The position numbers and the translations under genes were made by a program. DNA of 64,000 bases from Collinsella sp. GTDB lineage: Bacteria > Actinomycetota > Coriobacteriia > Coriobacteriales > Coriobacteriaceae. The stretch's first letter is position 1. The number at the start of each line of letters is the position of its first letter. Location of the stretch: contig JAXJIO010000031.1 of the NCBI GenBank assembly GCA_036298675.1, positions 21,386 through 85,385 on the forward strand. Reading direction: 5' to 3'. Of the stretch, positions 22,997 through 32,318 are shown piece after piece. The notes beneath the pieces are model-generated. The model was not told where the DNA came from. It made no database searches and saw only the letters and a list, made by a program, of their open reading frames with translations.

Positions 22997-23024
22997 GTTA
23001 CGGCGTTTGGCAAAACGCCGTAAC
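22997..23024 (+). terminator. Stem-loop GTTACGGCGTTT-ggca-AAACGCCGTAAC followed by T-rich sequence
   Basis: A 12-bp perfect stem is followed by TTAATAAGTTTGG. It may insulate the marR promoter. Function is uncertain. Confidence 0.4.
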
Positions 23025-23041
23025 TTAATAAGTTTGGTACC

Positions 23042-23070
23042 TTGACATTGATTTCTCACGCTCCTAAATT
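23042..23070 (+). promoter_or_regulatory. Sigma-70-like promoter for the marR-ABC operon
   Basis: TTGACA, a 17-nt spacer, then TAAATT. It is followed by the imperfect inverted repeat GGTTAGG-N18-CCTAAC(T), a possible MarR operator. Confidence 0.5.
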
Positions 23071-23125
23071 GGTTAGGCACAAAACAATTTCACTACCTAA
23101 CTAAAGAAAGGAGCGAAGATTAGAT

Positions 23126-23629
23126 ATGCGTGTTGAACCACTCGCCTATCCGCATGAACCCGGCGGCGACCCCTCACGGCCAGCAGACGAGCCCGAGACC
23201 CAGTCCGACAAAGACCGTCTCGCCAAGCGAATCCTCAATGGGCTGGGGTTTTGCGGCCATTACATGCATTTTCACGGCGGCGGCATATCTGGCAAGGCGC
23301 CTATTGTCTGCCTACTCGCCAAGCAGCCGACCGGCGAGCTGTCCCAACAGGAGCTCGGCATGCACTTCGACCTCAAGCCGGGGTCCCTTTCCGAGATTCT
23401 GTCCAAGCTCGAACTGGGCGGTCTTATCGAGCGCAGTCGCAATCCCAAAGACCGTCGGCAGCTCACCATCCGCCTGACCGATGCGGGATGGGAAAAGGCC
23501 CGCGTTGAGCAGGCAGCCCGCATTCGCTTTAGAGAGCAGGCCTTTAGTGCCCTCACCCACGACGAGCGTGAACAGCTCGCCGAGATGCTCGAGAAAATCC
23601 GCGTAACCTGGGAGGAACTGGATGATTAA
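23126..23629 (+). CDS. MarR family transcriptional regulator
   Basis: The winged-helix region is LSQQELGMHFDLKPGSLSEILSKLELGGLIERSRNPKDRRQLTIRLTDAG. Confidence 0.88.
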   Translation: MRVEPLAYPHEPGGDPSRPADEPETQSDKDRLAKRILNGLGFCGHYMHFHGGGISGKAPIVCLLAKQPTGELSQQELGMHFDLKPGSLSEILSKLELGGLIERSRNPKDRRQLTIRLTDAGWEKARVEQAARIRFREQAFSALTHDEREQLAEMLEKIRVTWEELDD

Positions 23630-25445
23630 AACCCTTATGGGCAGCATCCGCGATTACATGAAGGTCACGATCGCCACGCCGCTGCTGGTGCTTGGCGAGG
23701 TAATCTGCCAGATGATGATCCCGTTTATCACCGCCGACATGATCGACGCCATCAAGGACGGCACCGCCGTTACCGAGATGCTGCCCACCGCCGGCCTTCT
23801 CGTACTCATCGCGCTGACGTCACTCGCCTTTGGCGCCGCTGCGGGCATCACCTGCAGCCATGCCAGCTGCGGCTTTGCCAAGAACCTGCGTCGCGACCTG
23901 TTCTACAAGATCCAGACGTTCAGCTTCGCCAACATCGACGAGTTCTCGAGTTCCTCGCTCGTCACGCGCCTCACCACCGACATCAACAACGTGCAGCAGG
24001 CCTTTATGATGCTCATCCGCATCGCCGTGCGCTCGCCGCTGGTGCTGGTCTTTGCCTTTACCATGGCATACGCCATGGGCGGCAGCGTCGCCATGGTCTA
24101 CCTGGTCATCATTCCGCTGCTGGGCTTTGGCCTGTTCTTTATCATCTATAAGGTGCGCCCGATCTTTACCCGCGTGTTCCGCAAGTACGACGCGCTCAAC
24201 GAATCGGTCGAGGAAAACGTCACCGGCATGCGCGTGGTCAAGAGCTACGTGCGCCAGGACTACGAGAAGGAGAAGTTCGCCACCGCCGCGCGCGACGTCC
24301 AGATGGACTTCACCCGCGCCGAGAAGTTGCTCGCCTTCAACAACCCCATGATGAACATCTGCGTCAACGGCGCGTTCATCGTCATCATCTACCTGGGCTC
24401 CAAGCTCATCATCACGAGCCAGGGCACCCTGTTCGATGTGGGCCAGCTCTCCTCCATCTTTACCTACGGCTTCCAGATTCTGATGAGCCTAATGCAGCTG
24501 TCGATGATCTTTGTCATGGTGACCATGGCAGATGAGTCGGCGCACCGCATTACCGAGGTGTTGGCCGCCGAGCCCACGATCGCTAACCCGACCGAGCCCG
24601 TGCACGAGGTTGCCGACGGCTCCATCGACTTCGATCACGTGAGCTTTAAGTATTCCGAGCATGCCCGCCGCCAGGCGCTCGACGATATCGACCTGCATAT
24701 TAAGAGCGGCGAGACCATCGGCATTATCGGTGGCACCGGCTCGGCCAAGTCGACGCTCGTGAACCTGATCGCCCGTCTGTACGATGTCACGGAGGGCACC
24801 GTGCGCGTCGGCGGCGTGGACGTGCGCGACTACGACCTGGACGCGCTGCGCCACCAGGTAGCCATGGTCCTGCAGAAAAACGTGCTGTTTAGCGGCACCA
24901 TCGCCGAGAACCTGCGCTGGGGCGACCCGAACGCCACCGACGAGGAAGTCCGCGAGGCCGCACATCTGGCCTGCGCCGACGAGTTTGTCGACGGCTTCCC
25001 CAAGGGCTACGACACCTGGATCGAGCAGGGCGGCTCCAACGTTTCCGGCGGCCAGAAGCAGCGCCTGTGCATCGCGCGTGCCCTGCTGCGTCGCCCCAAG
25101 ATCTTGATCCTGGACGACTCCACGAGCGCCGTCGACACCAAGACCGACGCCAAGATCCGCGAGGGCCTGGCGAGCTACCTGCCCAACACGACCAAGCTCA
25201 TCATCGCCCAGCGCATCAGCTCCGTGCAGGACGCCGACCGCATCATCGTCATGGAGGGCGGCCGCATCAAGGACATCGGCAACCACGATGAGCTGCTCAA
25301 GACGAGCGAGATCTACCGCGAGACCTTTACCTCGCAAAATAAGATGAGTGCCGAAGGCGAGGACGCGGGCGAGACCGCCGCAGCCGACACCGAGGCATCC
25401 GCACCGCAAGCTCAGACCCAGGAAGGAGGCGAGGCACATGAGTAA
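23622..25445 (+). CDS. ABC exporter, fused permease/ATPase (type I, heterodimer partner 1)
   Basis: Six-TM domain followed by Walker A GGTGSAKST, signature VSGGQKQR and Walker B ILILDDSTSAVD. Confidence 0.92.
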   Translation: MIKTLMGSIRDYMKVTIATPLLVLGEVICQMMIPFITADMIDAIKDGTAVTEMLPTAGLLVLIALTSLAFGAAAGITCSHASCGFAKNLRRDLFYKIQTFSFANIDEFSSSSLVTRLTTDINNVQQAFMMLIRIAVRSPLVLVFAFTMAYAMGGSVAMVYLVIIPLLGFGLFFIIYKVRPIFTRVFRKYDALNESVEENVTGMRVVKSYVRQDYEKEKFATAARDVQMDFTRAEKLLAFNNPMMNICVNGAFIVIIYLGSKLIITSQGTLFDVGQLSSIFTYGFQILMSLMQLSMIFVMVTMADESAHRITEVLAAEPTIANPTEPVHEVADGSIDFDHVSFKYSEHARRQALDDIDLHIKSGETIGIIGGTGSAKSTLVNLIARLYDVTEGTVRVGGVDVRDYDLDALRHQVAMVLQKNVLFSGTIAENLRWGDPNATDEEVREAAHLACADEFVDGFPKGYDTWIEQGGSNVSGGQKQRLCIARALLRRPKILILDDSTSAVDTKTDAKIREGLASYLPNTTKLIIAQRISSVQDADRIIVMEGGRIKDIGNHDELLKTSEIYRETFTSQNKMSAEGEDAGETAAADTEASAPQAQTQEGGEAHE

Positions 25446-27357
25446 GGCCGCTACCGCCGAGCGCGCGCGCAACCGCAAGGGCGGCACCATGACGCGCCTG
25501 ATCAAGATGCTCTTTGGCTTCTACCCGGTGCTTTTGCCCCTCGTCGTCGCCGGCGTTGTGCTCTGCGCCATCATCAACTCCATCGGCGCGACGTTTCTTC
25601 AGAGCGCGCTGCAGGTCATTAGCGAATCGTGGCAGTCGGGCGACTGGACGGCCGCGCAGCCCAAGATTCTGAAGCTCGTGACCACCCTCGGCTGCATCTA
25701 CGCCGTGGGCGTCGCCTCCTCGCTCTTCTGGAACCGCGCCATGGCCGTCATCACGCAGGGCTCGCTCGAGAAGCTGCGCGAAAAGATGTTCAACCGCATG
25801 CAGGACCTGCCGATTCGCTACTTCGACACGCACCAGCGCGGCGACATCATGAGCCACTACACCAACGACATCGACACGCTGCGTCAGATGATCAGCCAGT
25901 CGCTGCCCAACCTGCTCATGACGATCATCGTCATCGTCACCGTGTTCTTCATCATGCTGTATTACAGCGTGTGGATGTGCCTGGTCATCATTGCCGGCGT
26001 CGCCTTTATGACCTTTATGACCAAGCTGCTCGGCTCCAACTCCGCGCGCTTCTTTATCGCGCAGCAGACCGAGCTCGGCGTGGTCGAGGGCCATATCGAG
26101 GAAGTCATGAACGGCCAGAAAGTCGTCAAGGCGTTCTGTCACGAGTCCGCTGCCGAGGCCGATTTTGACGAGCGCAACGAGAAGCTCTTCGAGGTCTCGC
26201 AGAAGGCCAACATGTACGCCAACATCCTCATGCCGATCCTCGGGAACCTGGGCGACTTGCTCTACGTGCTGGTCGCGCTGACCGGCGGCATCTTCCTGGC
26301 GCTGGGCGTGCCCAACCTGAGCCTCTCGGGCATGGCGCTCTCCATCGCCGTCGTGGTGCCGTTCCTCAACATGACCAAGCAGTTCTGCGGCCAGATCGGC
26401 CAGATCTCGCAGCAGATCAACGCCGTGGTCATGGGCCTTGCCGGCGCCGAGCGCATCTTTGAGCTGCTCGACGAGGAGCCCGAAGCCGACGAGGGCTACG
26501 TGACGCTCGTCAACGCACAGGTGAACCCCGAGACCTGGCAGCTCGAGGAAGCCGACCACCGCACCGGCATGTGGGCATGGAAGCACCCGCACCGCGCGAC
26601 CGGCGAGATCGAGTACGTGCCGCTGCGTGGTGACCTGGTCATGGATAACGTGGACTTTGGCTATACGCCCGACCACGAGGTGCTGCACGGCGTGTCCGTA
26701 TATGCCAAGCCGGGCCAGAAGGTCGCGTTTGTCGGTGCCACCGGTGCCGGTAAGACGACCATCACCAACCTCATCAACCGCTTCTACGACATTGCCGACG
26801 GCAAGATCCGCTACGACGGCATCAACGTCAACAAGATTCGCAAGTCCGACCTGCGTCGCTCGCTGGGCGTGGTGCTGCAGGACGTGAACCTGTTCACCGG
26901 CACCGTGATGGACAACATCCGCTACGGCAACCTGGACGCCACCGACGAGGAGTGCATCAAGGCGGCCAAGCTCGCGGGAGCGGACGACTTTATCACCCGT
27001 CTGCCCGACGGCTACGACACCATGCTCACCGGCAACGGCGCGCAGCTGTCGCAGGGCCAGCGCCAGTTGATCTCGATTGCGCGCGCCGCCGTCGCCGATC
27101 CGCCGGCGATGATTCTGGACGAGGCCACGAGCTCCATCGACTCCCGCACCGAGGCAATCGTGCAGGCGGGCATGGACAAGCTCATGGAGGGCCGCACGAC
27201 GTTTGTCATCGCACACCGCCTGAGCACCGTGCGCAACTCCGACGCGATCATCTGCCTGGACCACGGCCGCATCATCGAGCGCGGCAACCACGACGAGCTG
27301 ATCGCCAAGCGCGGGTATTACTACCAGCTCTACACCGGAGCGTTTGAGCTGGAGTAG
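25438..27357 (+). CDS. ABC exporter, fused permease/ATPase (heterodimer partner 2)
   Basis: The start was set to the ATG at 25438 (SD GGAGG), which overlaps the upstream stop in ATGAGTAA. Walker A is GATGAGKTT, the signature is LSQGQRQ and Walker B is MILDEATSSID. Confidence 0.92.
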   Translation: MSKAATAERARNRKGGTMTRLIKMLFGFYPVLLPLVVAGVVLCAIINSIGATFLQSALQVISESWQSGDWTAAQPKILKLVTTLGCIYAVGVASSLFWNRAMAVITQGSLEKLREKMFNRMQDLPIRYFDTHQRGDIMSHYTNDIDTLRQMISQSLPNLLMTIIVIVTVFFIMLYYSVWMCLVIIAGVAFMTFMTKLLGSNSARFFIAQQTELGVVEGHIEEVMNGQKVVKAFCHESAAEADFDERNEKLFEVSQKANMYANILMPILGNLGDLLYVLVALTGGIFLALGVPNLSLSGMALSIAVVVPFLNMTKQFCGQIGQISQQINAVVMGLAGAERIFELLDEEPEADEGYVTLVNAQVNPETWQLEEADHRTGMWAWKHPHRATGEIEYVPLRGDLVMDNVDFGYTPDHEVLHGVSVYAKPGQKVAFVGATGAGKTTITNLINRFYDIADGKIRYDGINVNKIRKSDLRRSLGVVLQDVNLFTGTVMDNIRYGNLDATDEECIKAAKLAGADDFITRLPDGYDTMLTGNGAQLSQGQRQLISIARAAVADPPAMILDEATSSIDSRTEAIVQAGMDKLMEGRTTFVIAHRLSTVRNSDAIICLDHGRIIERGNHDELIAKRGYYYQLYTGAFELE

Positions 27358-27390
27358 ATCTGGCAACCCGGAACTACGCCGCAACGCATA

Positions 27391-27427
27391 AGCCCCCGCA
27401 GTTCATATGAGCTGTGGGGGCTTTTTT
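27391..27427 (+). terminator. Rho-independent terminator after the ABC exporter pair
   Basis: AGCCCCCGCAG-ttcatatgag-CTGTGGGGGCT followed by TTTTTT. Confidence 0.85.
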
Positions 27428-27435
27428 CATGCCAG

Positions 27436-27609
27436 CCGGAAACCGTATCCCACTTTTCGGGCCCAGAATGGGATGCCGTTTCCCGCTGGACCCCCTCCGG
27501 GAAACGGCATCCCATTTCAAGGGAGTAAACCGGGATGTAGTTTCCCCTAACGGCACCTTTGGGAAGCCGCATCCCACTCTAGACGCACAAAACGGGATGA
27601 GCTTTCCCA
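27436..27609. repeat. BIME-like mosaic of six 15-bp GGGAYGnnnTTTCC units in alternating orientation
   Basis: Unit starts are 27437(-), 27470(+), 27499(-), 27532(+), 27561(-) and 27594(+), giving spacings of 33/29/33/29/33 bp. Units 2 and 3 are perfect reverse complements. Confidence 0.9.
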
Positions 27610-27798
27610 TGGTGATCCAAGACCAGAAGCATGTCCGATAGCGCAGCCAGGTCAAGAACAACAAGGCAAGCGTCACGCCAATTTGGACGAGCGTCTGCTG
27701 CAGTTTGAGGCTGCTGGCCCATATGGTAGAGTTAACCACCCATGAATTTCAGCACACTGCGTGCTACCTGCTCTTTTGTCATTTAGGGGAGTGAACTT

Positions 27799-28890
27799 GT
27801 GAATACTTCTGTCGCCAAGAAGGCCAGCCAGGCGGTGCGCCTGCTCATGATGGTGCTCACGGCAGTTCTCATCTTCTTCTTCATCAATGTTATGCTGCTC
27901 GTCTCCGATATCCAGGGCACGGCGCGCGTGGTCAATTACGCCGGTCTGGTGCGCGGTACCACGCAGCGAATCGTTAAGCTCGAGGACGCGGGCCAGCCTC
28001 AAGATGACCTGCTCAAAGCCGTGGATTCATACATCAACGGCTTGCGTTACGGAAGTGACGACCTCAACCTCGTCCGTCTCGACGACGATGAGTATCAGGC
28101 AAAGATGACCGAGCTTGCAAATTATTATGATGAGCTTTGCGCCGAGATTAGCCGCGTGCGCGAAGTCGGCTACGAGAGCACCGACATCATCTCCATGAGC
28201 GAGGAGTTCTTTGGCATTTGCGACGATGCTACGCGACTCGCAGAGGACTACTCTCAGGAGAAGGCGTCGGCGCTCAACTATCTCGAGGGCTTGGTGATCA
28301 TCGACATCGTGGGCTTGGTGGCGACCTTTGCGGTCGAACTTGTTCGCGCGGTGCGCACTGCCGCGCTCAACCGCGAGCTGCAGAGCAAAGTCTATCTCGA
28401 CGAAGCCACAGGACTGCCCAATAAGAATAAGTGCGAGGAGATCTTGGGGCAGGAGCATCCCGTTTCCGCTGAACCGCCCGTTGCGCTGTGCGTCTTCGAT
28501 CTTAACAATCTGCATATGGTCAATAACAACTTCGGCCATGAGAAGGGCGATGAATACATTCGCTCTTTTGCCCAACAACTGGGAAGTGTGGCGTCGGAGA
28601 CGTGCTTTGTGGGTCGCGACGGCGGCGATGAGTTTATCGCGGTGCTGTGGGATGCCGACCGAGCCGCTGTGGAATCCTGTCTCGCTCGGGTTCGTGCGAA
28701 CGTGAACGAGTATTCCGGGGCTCACCCCGACATGCCTATCAGCTATGCGGTGGGCTACGCGCTTTCCAGTGATTTTGATGAACCGCCTATGATGCGTGAG
28801 CTCTTTTCTCAGGCCGACAAAAACATGTACATCGACAAGAACGGCGTAAAGACAGCCGAGGCAGCCGGGCCGCAACGCGAGGACCGCTAA
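27799..28890 (+). CDS. Diguanylate cyclase (GGDEF) with an N-terminal TM segment and a PilJ/NarX P-box-like sensor domain
   Basis: GTG start. VVNYAGLVRGTTQRIVKLE resembles the PilJ/NarX N-terminal motif. There is a second TM segment. The active site is GRDGGDEFIAVLW. Confidence 0.85.
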   Translation: MNTSVAKKASQAVRLLMMVLTAVLIFFFINVMLLVSDIQGTARVVNYAGLVRGTTQRIVKLEDAGQPQDDLLKAVDSYINGLRYGSDDLNLVRLDDDEYQAKMTELANYYDELCAEISRVREVGYESTDIISMSEEFFGICDDATRLAEDYSQEKASALNYLEGLVIIDIVGLVATFAVELVRAVRTAALNRELQSKVYLDEATGLPNKNKCEEILGQEHPVSAEPPVALCVFDLNNLHMVNNNFGHEKGDEYIRSFAQQLGSVASETCFVGRDGGDEFIAVLWDADRAAVESCLARVRANVNEYSGAHPDMPISYAVGYALSSDFDEPPMMRELFSQADKNMYIDKNGVKTAEAAGPQREDR

Positions 28891-28902
28891 ACCCGTAGCA
28901 AA

Positions 28903-28933
28903 GGGTAGCTAATTTGGGACGGGACTCTTTTGG
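28903..28933. repeat. Half copy of the 14866-14948 hairpin element
   Basis: GGGTAGCTAATTTGGGACGGGACTCTTTTGGC lies between the convergent GGDEF and LysR stops. Confidence 0.8.
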
Positions 28934-29845
28934 CTATTTGAGAAGTTGTGCCATGGCGTTGACGAATTTTTGGACTTGGAGGGTGGGCTCGAGCGGATAG
29001 TGCAAAAAGACCGGCACCTCGCGACCGCATAGGAACGGCACGCCCACAAAGGCCGGGTGTACCCCCGACCATGCGCCGCAGGTGAGCACCGCGTCGCCCT
29101 TTTCCTCTGCCTCGTTAAAGAGCGCAAAGTCAAAGCTGTCCACGTCGATCACGTCAACGCCGCCGTCGGCCAGAAGGTCGATGCGCAGGCTGTCCATTGC
29201 GTCGTTGCCGTGGCGGAGCACGCGCAGGCGCATGCCCTCCAGGTCGGCAACCGTAATGCGTGTCTTGCGCGCCAGCGGGCTCGTGCGTGGCACGTCGATA
29301 TAAAACGGCACGTTAACGATGCGGAGCTTTTGGCAGGCGTCACCCCAGCGCGGGGTCGAAAAACTCGACTGCACCACATCCACCTCGCGACCGAGGCTGC
29401 GCATGACGGTCTCGCGTTCGTCGTAGAGGTCGCTTACCGGCACGATCTCAAATCGCAGCGACGGTTCCAGATCGTGGATGCCCGACCACATCGACAGCGT
29501 TTGGCGCCCTGGGCACATCATCGACACGCCCAGGCGCACGGCACCGCCATCGCCCGCCGCGCGTCGGGCACGGCGCAGCGCGTCCTCGGACTGCCGCATG
29601 ATCGAGCGCGCGTCGTCCACCAGCAGTGCGCCCGCCGGCGTCACCTTGACGCCCGAGTGCGAGCGTTCGAACAGCGTGATGCCGAACTCGGCCTCGAATC
29701 CCGACACCTGCTTGACGAGCGCCGGGGTCGACACGCGCAATTTTGCCGCCGCACGCGAGAAGCTTCCCAGCTCCGCGGCGGCCGATATGGCCTCAAGTCG
29801 TCGATCGTACACGTCATTCTCCCGTTTTCGCACCCGTGGCCACAT
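28934..29845 (-). CDS. LysR family transcriptional regulator
   Basis: The HTH region is LEAISAAAELGSFSRAAAKLRVSTPALVKQVSGFEAEFGITLFERS. An alternative GTG start at 29812 follows GGGAGA. Confidence 0.88.
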   Translation of the reverse strand: MWPRVRKRENDVYDRRLEAISAAAELGSFSRAAAKLRVSTPALVKQVSGFEAEFGITLFERSHSGVKVTPAGALLVDDARSIMRQSEDALRRARRAAGDGGAVRLGVSMMCPGRQTLSMWSGIHDLEPSLRFEIVPVSDLYDERETVMRSLGREVDVVQSSFSTPRWGDACQKLRIVNVPFYIDVPRTSPLARKTRITVADLEGMRLRVLRHGNDAMDSLRIDLLADGGVDVIDVDSFDFALFNEAEEKGDAVLTCGAWSGVHPAFVGVPFLCGREVPVFLHYPLEPTLQVQKFVNAMAQLLK

Positions 29846-30045
29846 GGCGCCACAGGGGGTTATTTTCGCAGGTCACGCGCTCGGTTAAGCATAAACTACA
29901 TTGCACAGCGTAAACCTACGGTTAACTCCATTCTAACAAATATGCAATTCACCTGCGCAAATGCAAAGCATACGATAACCAACGAAAACCACGTGGGTCG
30001 GTTAATGGGAGCGACCCACCGAGAGGCACAAGAAGGGAAGTTCCT

Positions 30046-30927
30046 ATGAGCAATTGGCTTAAGCTCGAGGGCGATGTCTGCGCCGTAACCGGCGCACTCG
30101 GCGGTATGGGCGTCGAGATTTGCCGCGAGTTCGCCCGCAATGGCGCCAACGTCGTTCTGCTCGACCTGGACGAAGAGAAGGTCAAGGCCGCAGCCGCCGA
30201 CCTCGCCGCCGAGCTTGGCATCCACGCCGAGGGCTACAAGATGAACGCCACCGACGAGGCCGAGGTTCAGGCCGCCGTCGATGCCACCATCGCCGACTTC
30301 GGCCGCGTCGACGTCCTTGTCAACACCGCCGGCATCCTGCGCTTTGCCGCTATGGAAGACCTGCCGCTGAGCGACTGGGAGCAGGTGCTCAACGTCAACC
30401 TCACCGGCTACTTCATCACCTCGCAGCGCTTTGGTCGCGAAATGATCAAGGCCGGCCAGGGTCGCCTGGTGCACATCTCGACCGTTGCCAGCCACTCCCC
30501 CGAGACGTTCTCGGGCGTGTACAGCTCCACCAAGGCGGGCGTCAACATGATGTCCAAGATGCTCGCCGCCGAATGGGGTCCCTACGGCGTGCGCTCCAAC
30601 TGCGTCGAGCCCTGCTTCGTTAAGACCCCGATGTCGGCCAACTTCTACGCCGACCCCGAGGTCGAAAAGAGCCGCAGCCGTCTGATCGCCACGCGCCGCA
30701 TCGGCGAGGTCAGCGATATCGCCAACGCCGTCATGTTCCTGGCGTCCAAGCGCTCGGACTTTACCACCGGCGACGCCATCAAGGTCGACGGCGGCTTCTC
30801 CAACATGATGGGCGACCTCACCGCCAAGCCCGGCGGCCGTCGCGCCTATGCCGACAACTACCTTAAGAACAAGGGTGTCGAGCTTTGGTCCGATGAGTCC
30901 GGCGTCGCCAAGCCGACTGACCAGTAA
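30046..30927 (+). CDS. SDR family oxidoreductase with a C-terminal extension of about 40 aa
   Basis: The cofactor motif is TGALGGMG and the catalytic motif is YSSTKAG. SD AGAAGGGAAG precedes the start. The gene is divergent from the LysR gene. Confidence 0.88.
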   Translation: MSNWLKLEGDVCAVTGALGGMGVEICREFARNGANVVLLDLDEEKVKAAAADLAAELGIHAEGYKMNATDEAEVQAAVDATIADFGRVDVLVNTAGILRFAAMEDLPLSDWEQVLNVNLTGYFITSQRFGREMIKAGQGRLVHISTVASHSPETFSGVYSSTKAGVNMMSKMLAAEWGPYGVRSNCVEPCFVKTPMSANFYADPEVEKSRSRLIATRRIGEVSDIANAVMFLASKRSDFTTGDAIKVDGGFSNMMGDLTAKPGGRRAYADNYLKNKGVELWSDESGVAKPTDQ

Positions 30928-30992
30928 ACCAACCTAACAGGGAGGCCCGCGGACACGCCCGCTCCTCCCCCGCATCGATTAGAAAGAGTCCA

Positions 30993-32249
30993 ATGGCTTC
31001 CACCAACTCCAACAAGGGTCGCGCCGTCGTGCTTTCCGCCGCGTGCGTCACCATGTTCTTCATCAGCTCCATCGCGCTGTATTCCGTCGTGAGCAAGAAC
31101 CTACTCGCCGTCTACCCCGAGTGGTCGAGCGCTCTTACCTGGGCCTTCCCGGTCTTTCAGACCATCATGGCCGTGACGGGCATCTTCGCCGGCCGCATCT
31201 CCGATAAGATCGGCCCGCGCAACGTCGTGATCGCCGCCGCCGTGTGCTACGGCGTGGGCTGGTTCATGTCCGGCACCGTCACCGAGCCGTGGCAGTTCTA
31301 CCTGTGGTTCTCGCTCGTCGCCGCTATCGGCAACGGCCTGGGCTACAACCCCGCGCTCACCACCGGCCAAAAGTGGTTCATCGACAAGAAGGGTCTCGCC
31401 TCCGGCATCACCCTGGCCGCTTCGACCGCCGGTCCCGCCGTGCTGTCCCCGGTGCTCGCCTCGCTGCTCATCCCGAGCCTGGGCATCTTTGGCGCCCTTA
31501 AGGCGCTCGGCGTCATCTTCTTTGTGACGATCGCCGCCTCCGCCCTGTTCCTGAAGGCCCCCGAGGCCGGCTGGCTGCCCGAGGGCTTCGAGGCCCCCAA
31601 GGGCGGCGCGCATGCCGGCACCTTCGGCGACCTCACCCCGGGCGAGATGGTCAAGACCCCGCGCTTCTGGGTCCTCATCGTCACCTTCGCCTTTGCCGCC
31701 ACCGCGGGCACCCTGCTCGTGGGCAAGGTTGCCTCCATCGCCGCCGTCCAGCTCTTCACCGACCCCACGAGCGCCGCAGCCGTCGCCCTCGGCGGCGTGG
31801 TGGTCTCCGTCAACACCTGCGCCAACCTGGTCGGCCGCCTGTCCTTTGGCCAGATCATCGATAAGCTCGGCGCCTACAAGTCGCTGCTCATCAGCCTTGT
31901 CGTCACCATCGTCGCGCTCGTCATCATGTCGATGAGCTTTACGCAGAGCATGTTCTTTGTCGCACTCGCCCTGCTTGGCTTTAGCTTTGGCGCCCTGCTC
32001 GTCATCTACCCGCCGCTCACCGGTGGCGCCTTTGGCACCAGCAACATCGGCGTCAACTACGGCATCATGTTTTTGGGCTACGCCGCCTCCACCTGGATCA
32101 GCCAGCCCATCACCGCCGTGCTGTATCACGCCGAGGCTGGCAGCGCCGCCTACCAGCAGTCCTTCTACGGCGCCATCGTGATCGCCGCCATCGCCGTCGT
32201 GCTCACCGTCTACATGATGGTCTCCGACAGCAAGAAGAAGTCCGCTTAG
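30993..32249 (+). CDS. MFS transporter (oxalate/formate antiporter-like subfamily)
   Basis: 418-aa, 12-TM ORF. The loop GRISDKIGPRN is typical of the MFS 2-3 loop. Confidence 0.8.
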   Translation: MASTNSNKGRAVVLSAACVTMFFISSIALYSVVSKNLLAVYPEWSSALTWAFPVFQTIMAVTGIFAGRISDKIGPRNVVIAAAVCYGVGWFMSGTVTEPWQFYLWFSLVAAIGNGLGYNPALTTGQKWFIDKKGLASGITLAASTAGPAVLSPVLASLLIPSLGIFGALKALGVIFFVTIAASALFLKAPEAGWLPEGFEAPKGGAHAGTFGDLTPGEMVKTPRFWVLIVTFAFAATAGTLLVGKVASIAAVQLFTDPTSAAAVALGGVVVSVNTCANLVGRLSFGQIIDKLGAYKSLLISLVVTIVALVIMSMSFTQSMFFVALALLGFSFGALLVIYPPLTGGAFGTSNIGVNYGIMFLGYAASTWISQPITAVLYHAEAGSAAYQQSFYGAIVIAAIAVVLTVYMMVSDSKKKSA

Positions 32250-32257
32250 CAATTGCC

Positions 32258-32289
32258 AATGTGACAAAGGGACTGTCCCTTTGTCACAC
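32258..32289. repeat. Copy of the GTGACAAAGGGAC palindrome inside the operon
   Basis: AATGTGACAAAGGGACTGTCCCTTTGTCACAC lies 9 nt after the MFS stop and 30 nt before the next ATG. Confidence 0.95.
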
Positions 32290-32318
32290 TCCATCGCCAC
32301 CACCATTAAGGAGTCGAA

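Noticed and set aside
25327-27384. Long antisense ORFs lie opposite transporter genes: 25327-27384(-), 31101-33416(-), 37320-38741(+), 47607-49823(+) and 55272-58298(+).
   Set aside because: Each lies opposite a gene with clear family signatures (ABC, MFS/Gfo, PTS EIIC, Kup, ABC). Their products are Arg/His/Gly/Asp-rich with no domains.
27414-27641. Similar small peptides are translated from the two mosaic arrays, for example MGCRFPLDPLRETASH (27414-27641) and MGCSFRLWLRWETASH (53546-53809).
   Set aside because: The similarity follows from the DNA repeats. The arrays are palindromic and equally open on both strands, their frames are broken by indels between the two loci, and there are no SD sequences.
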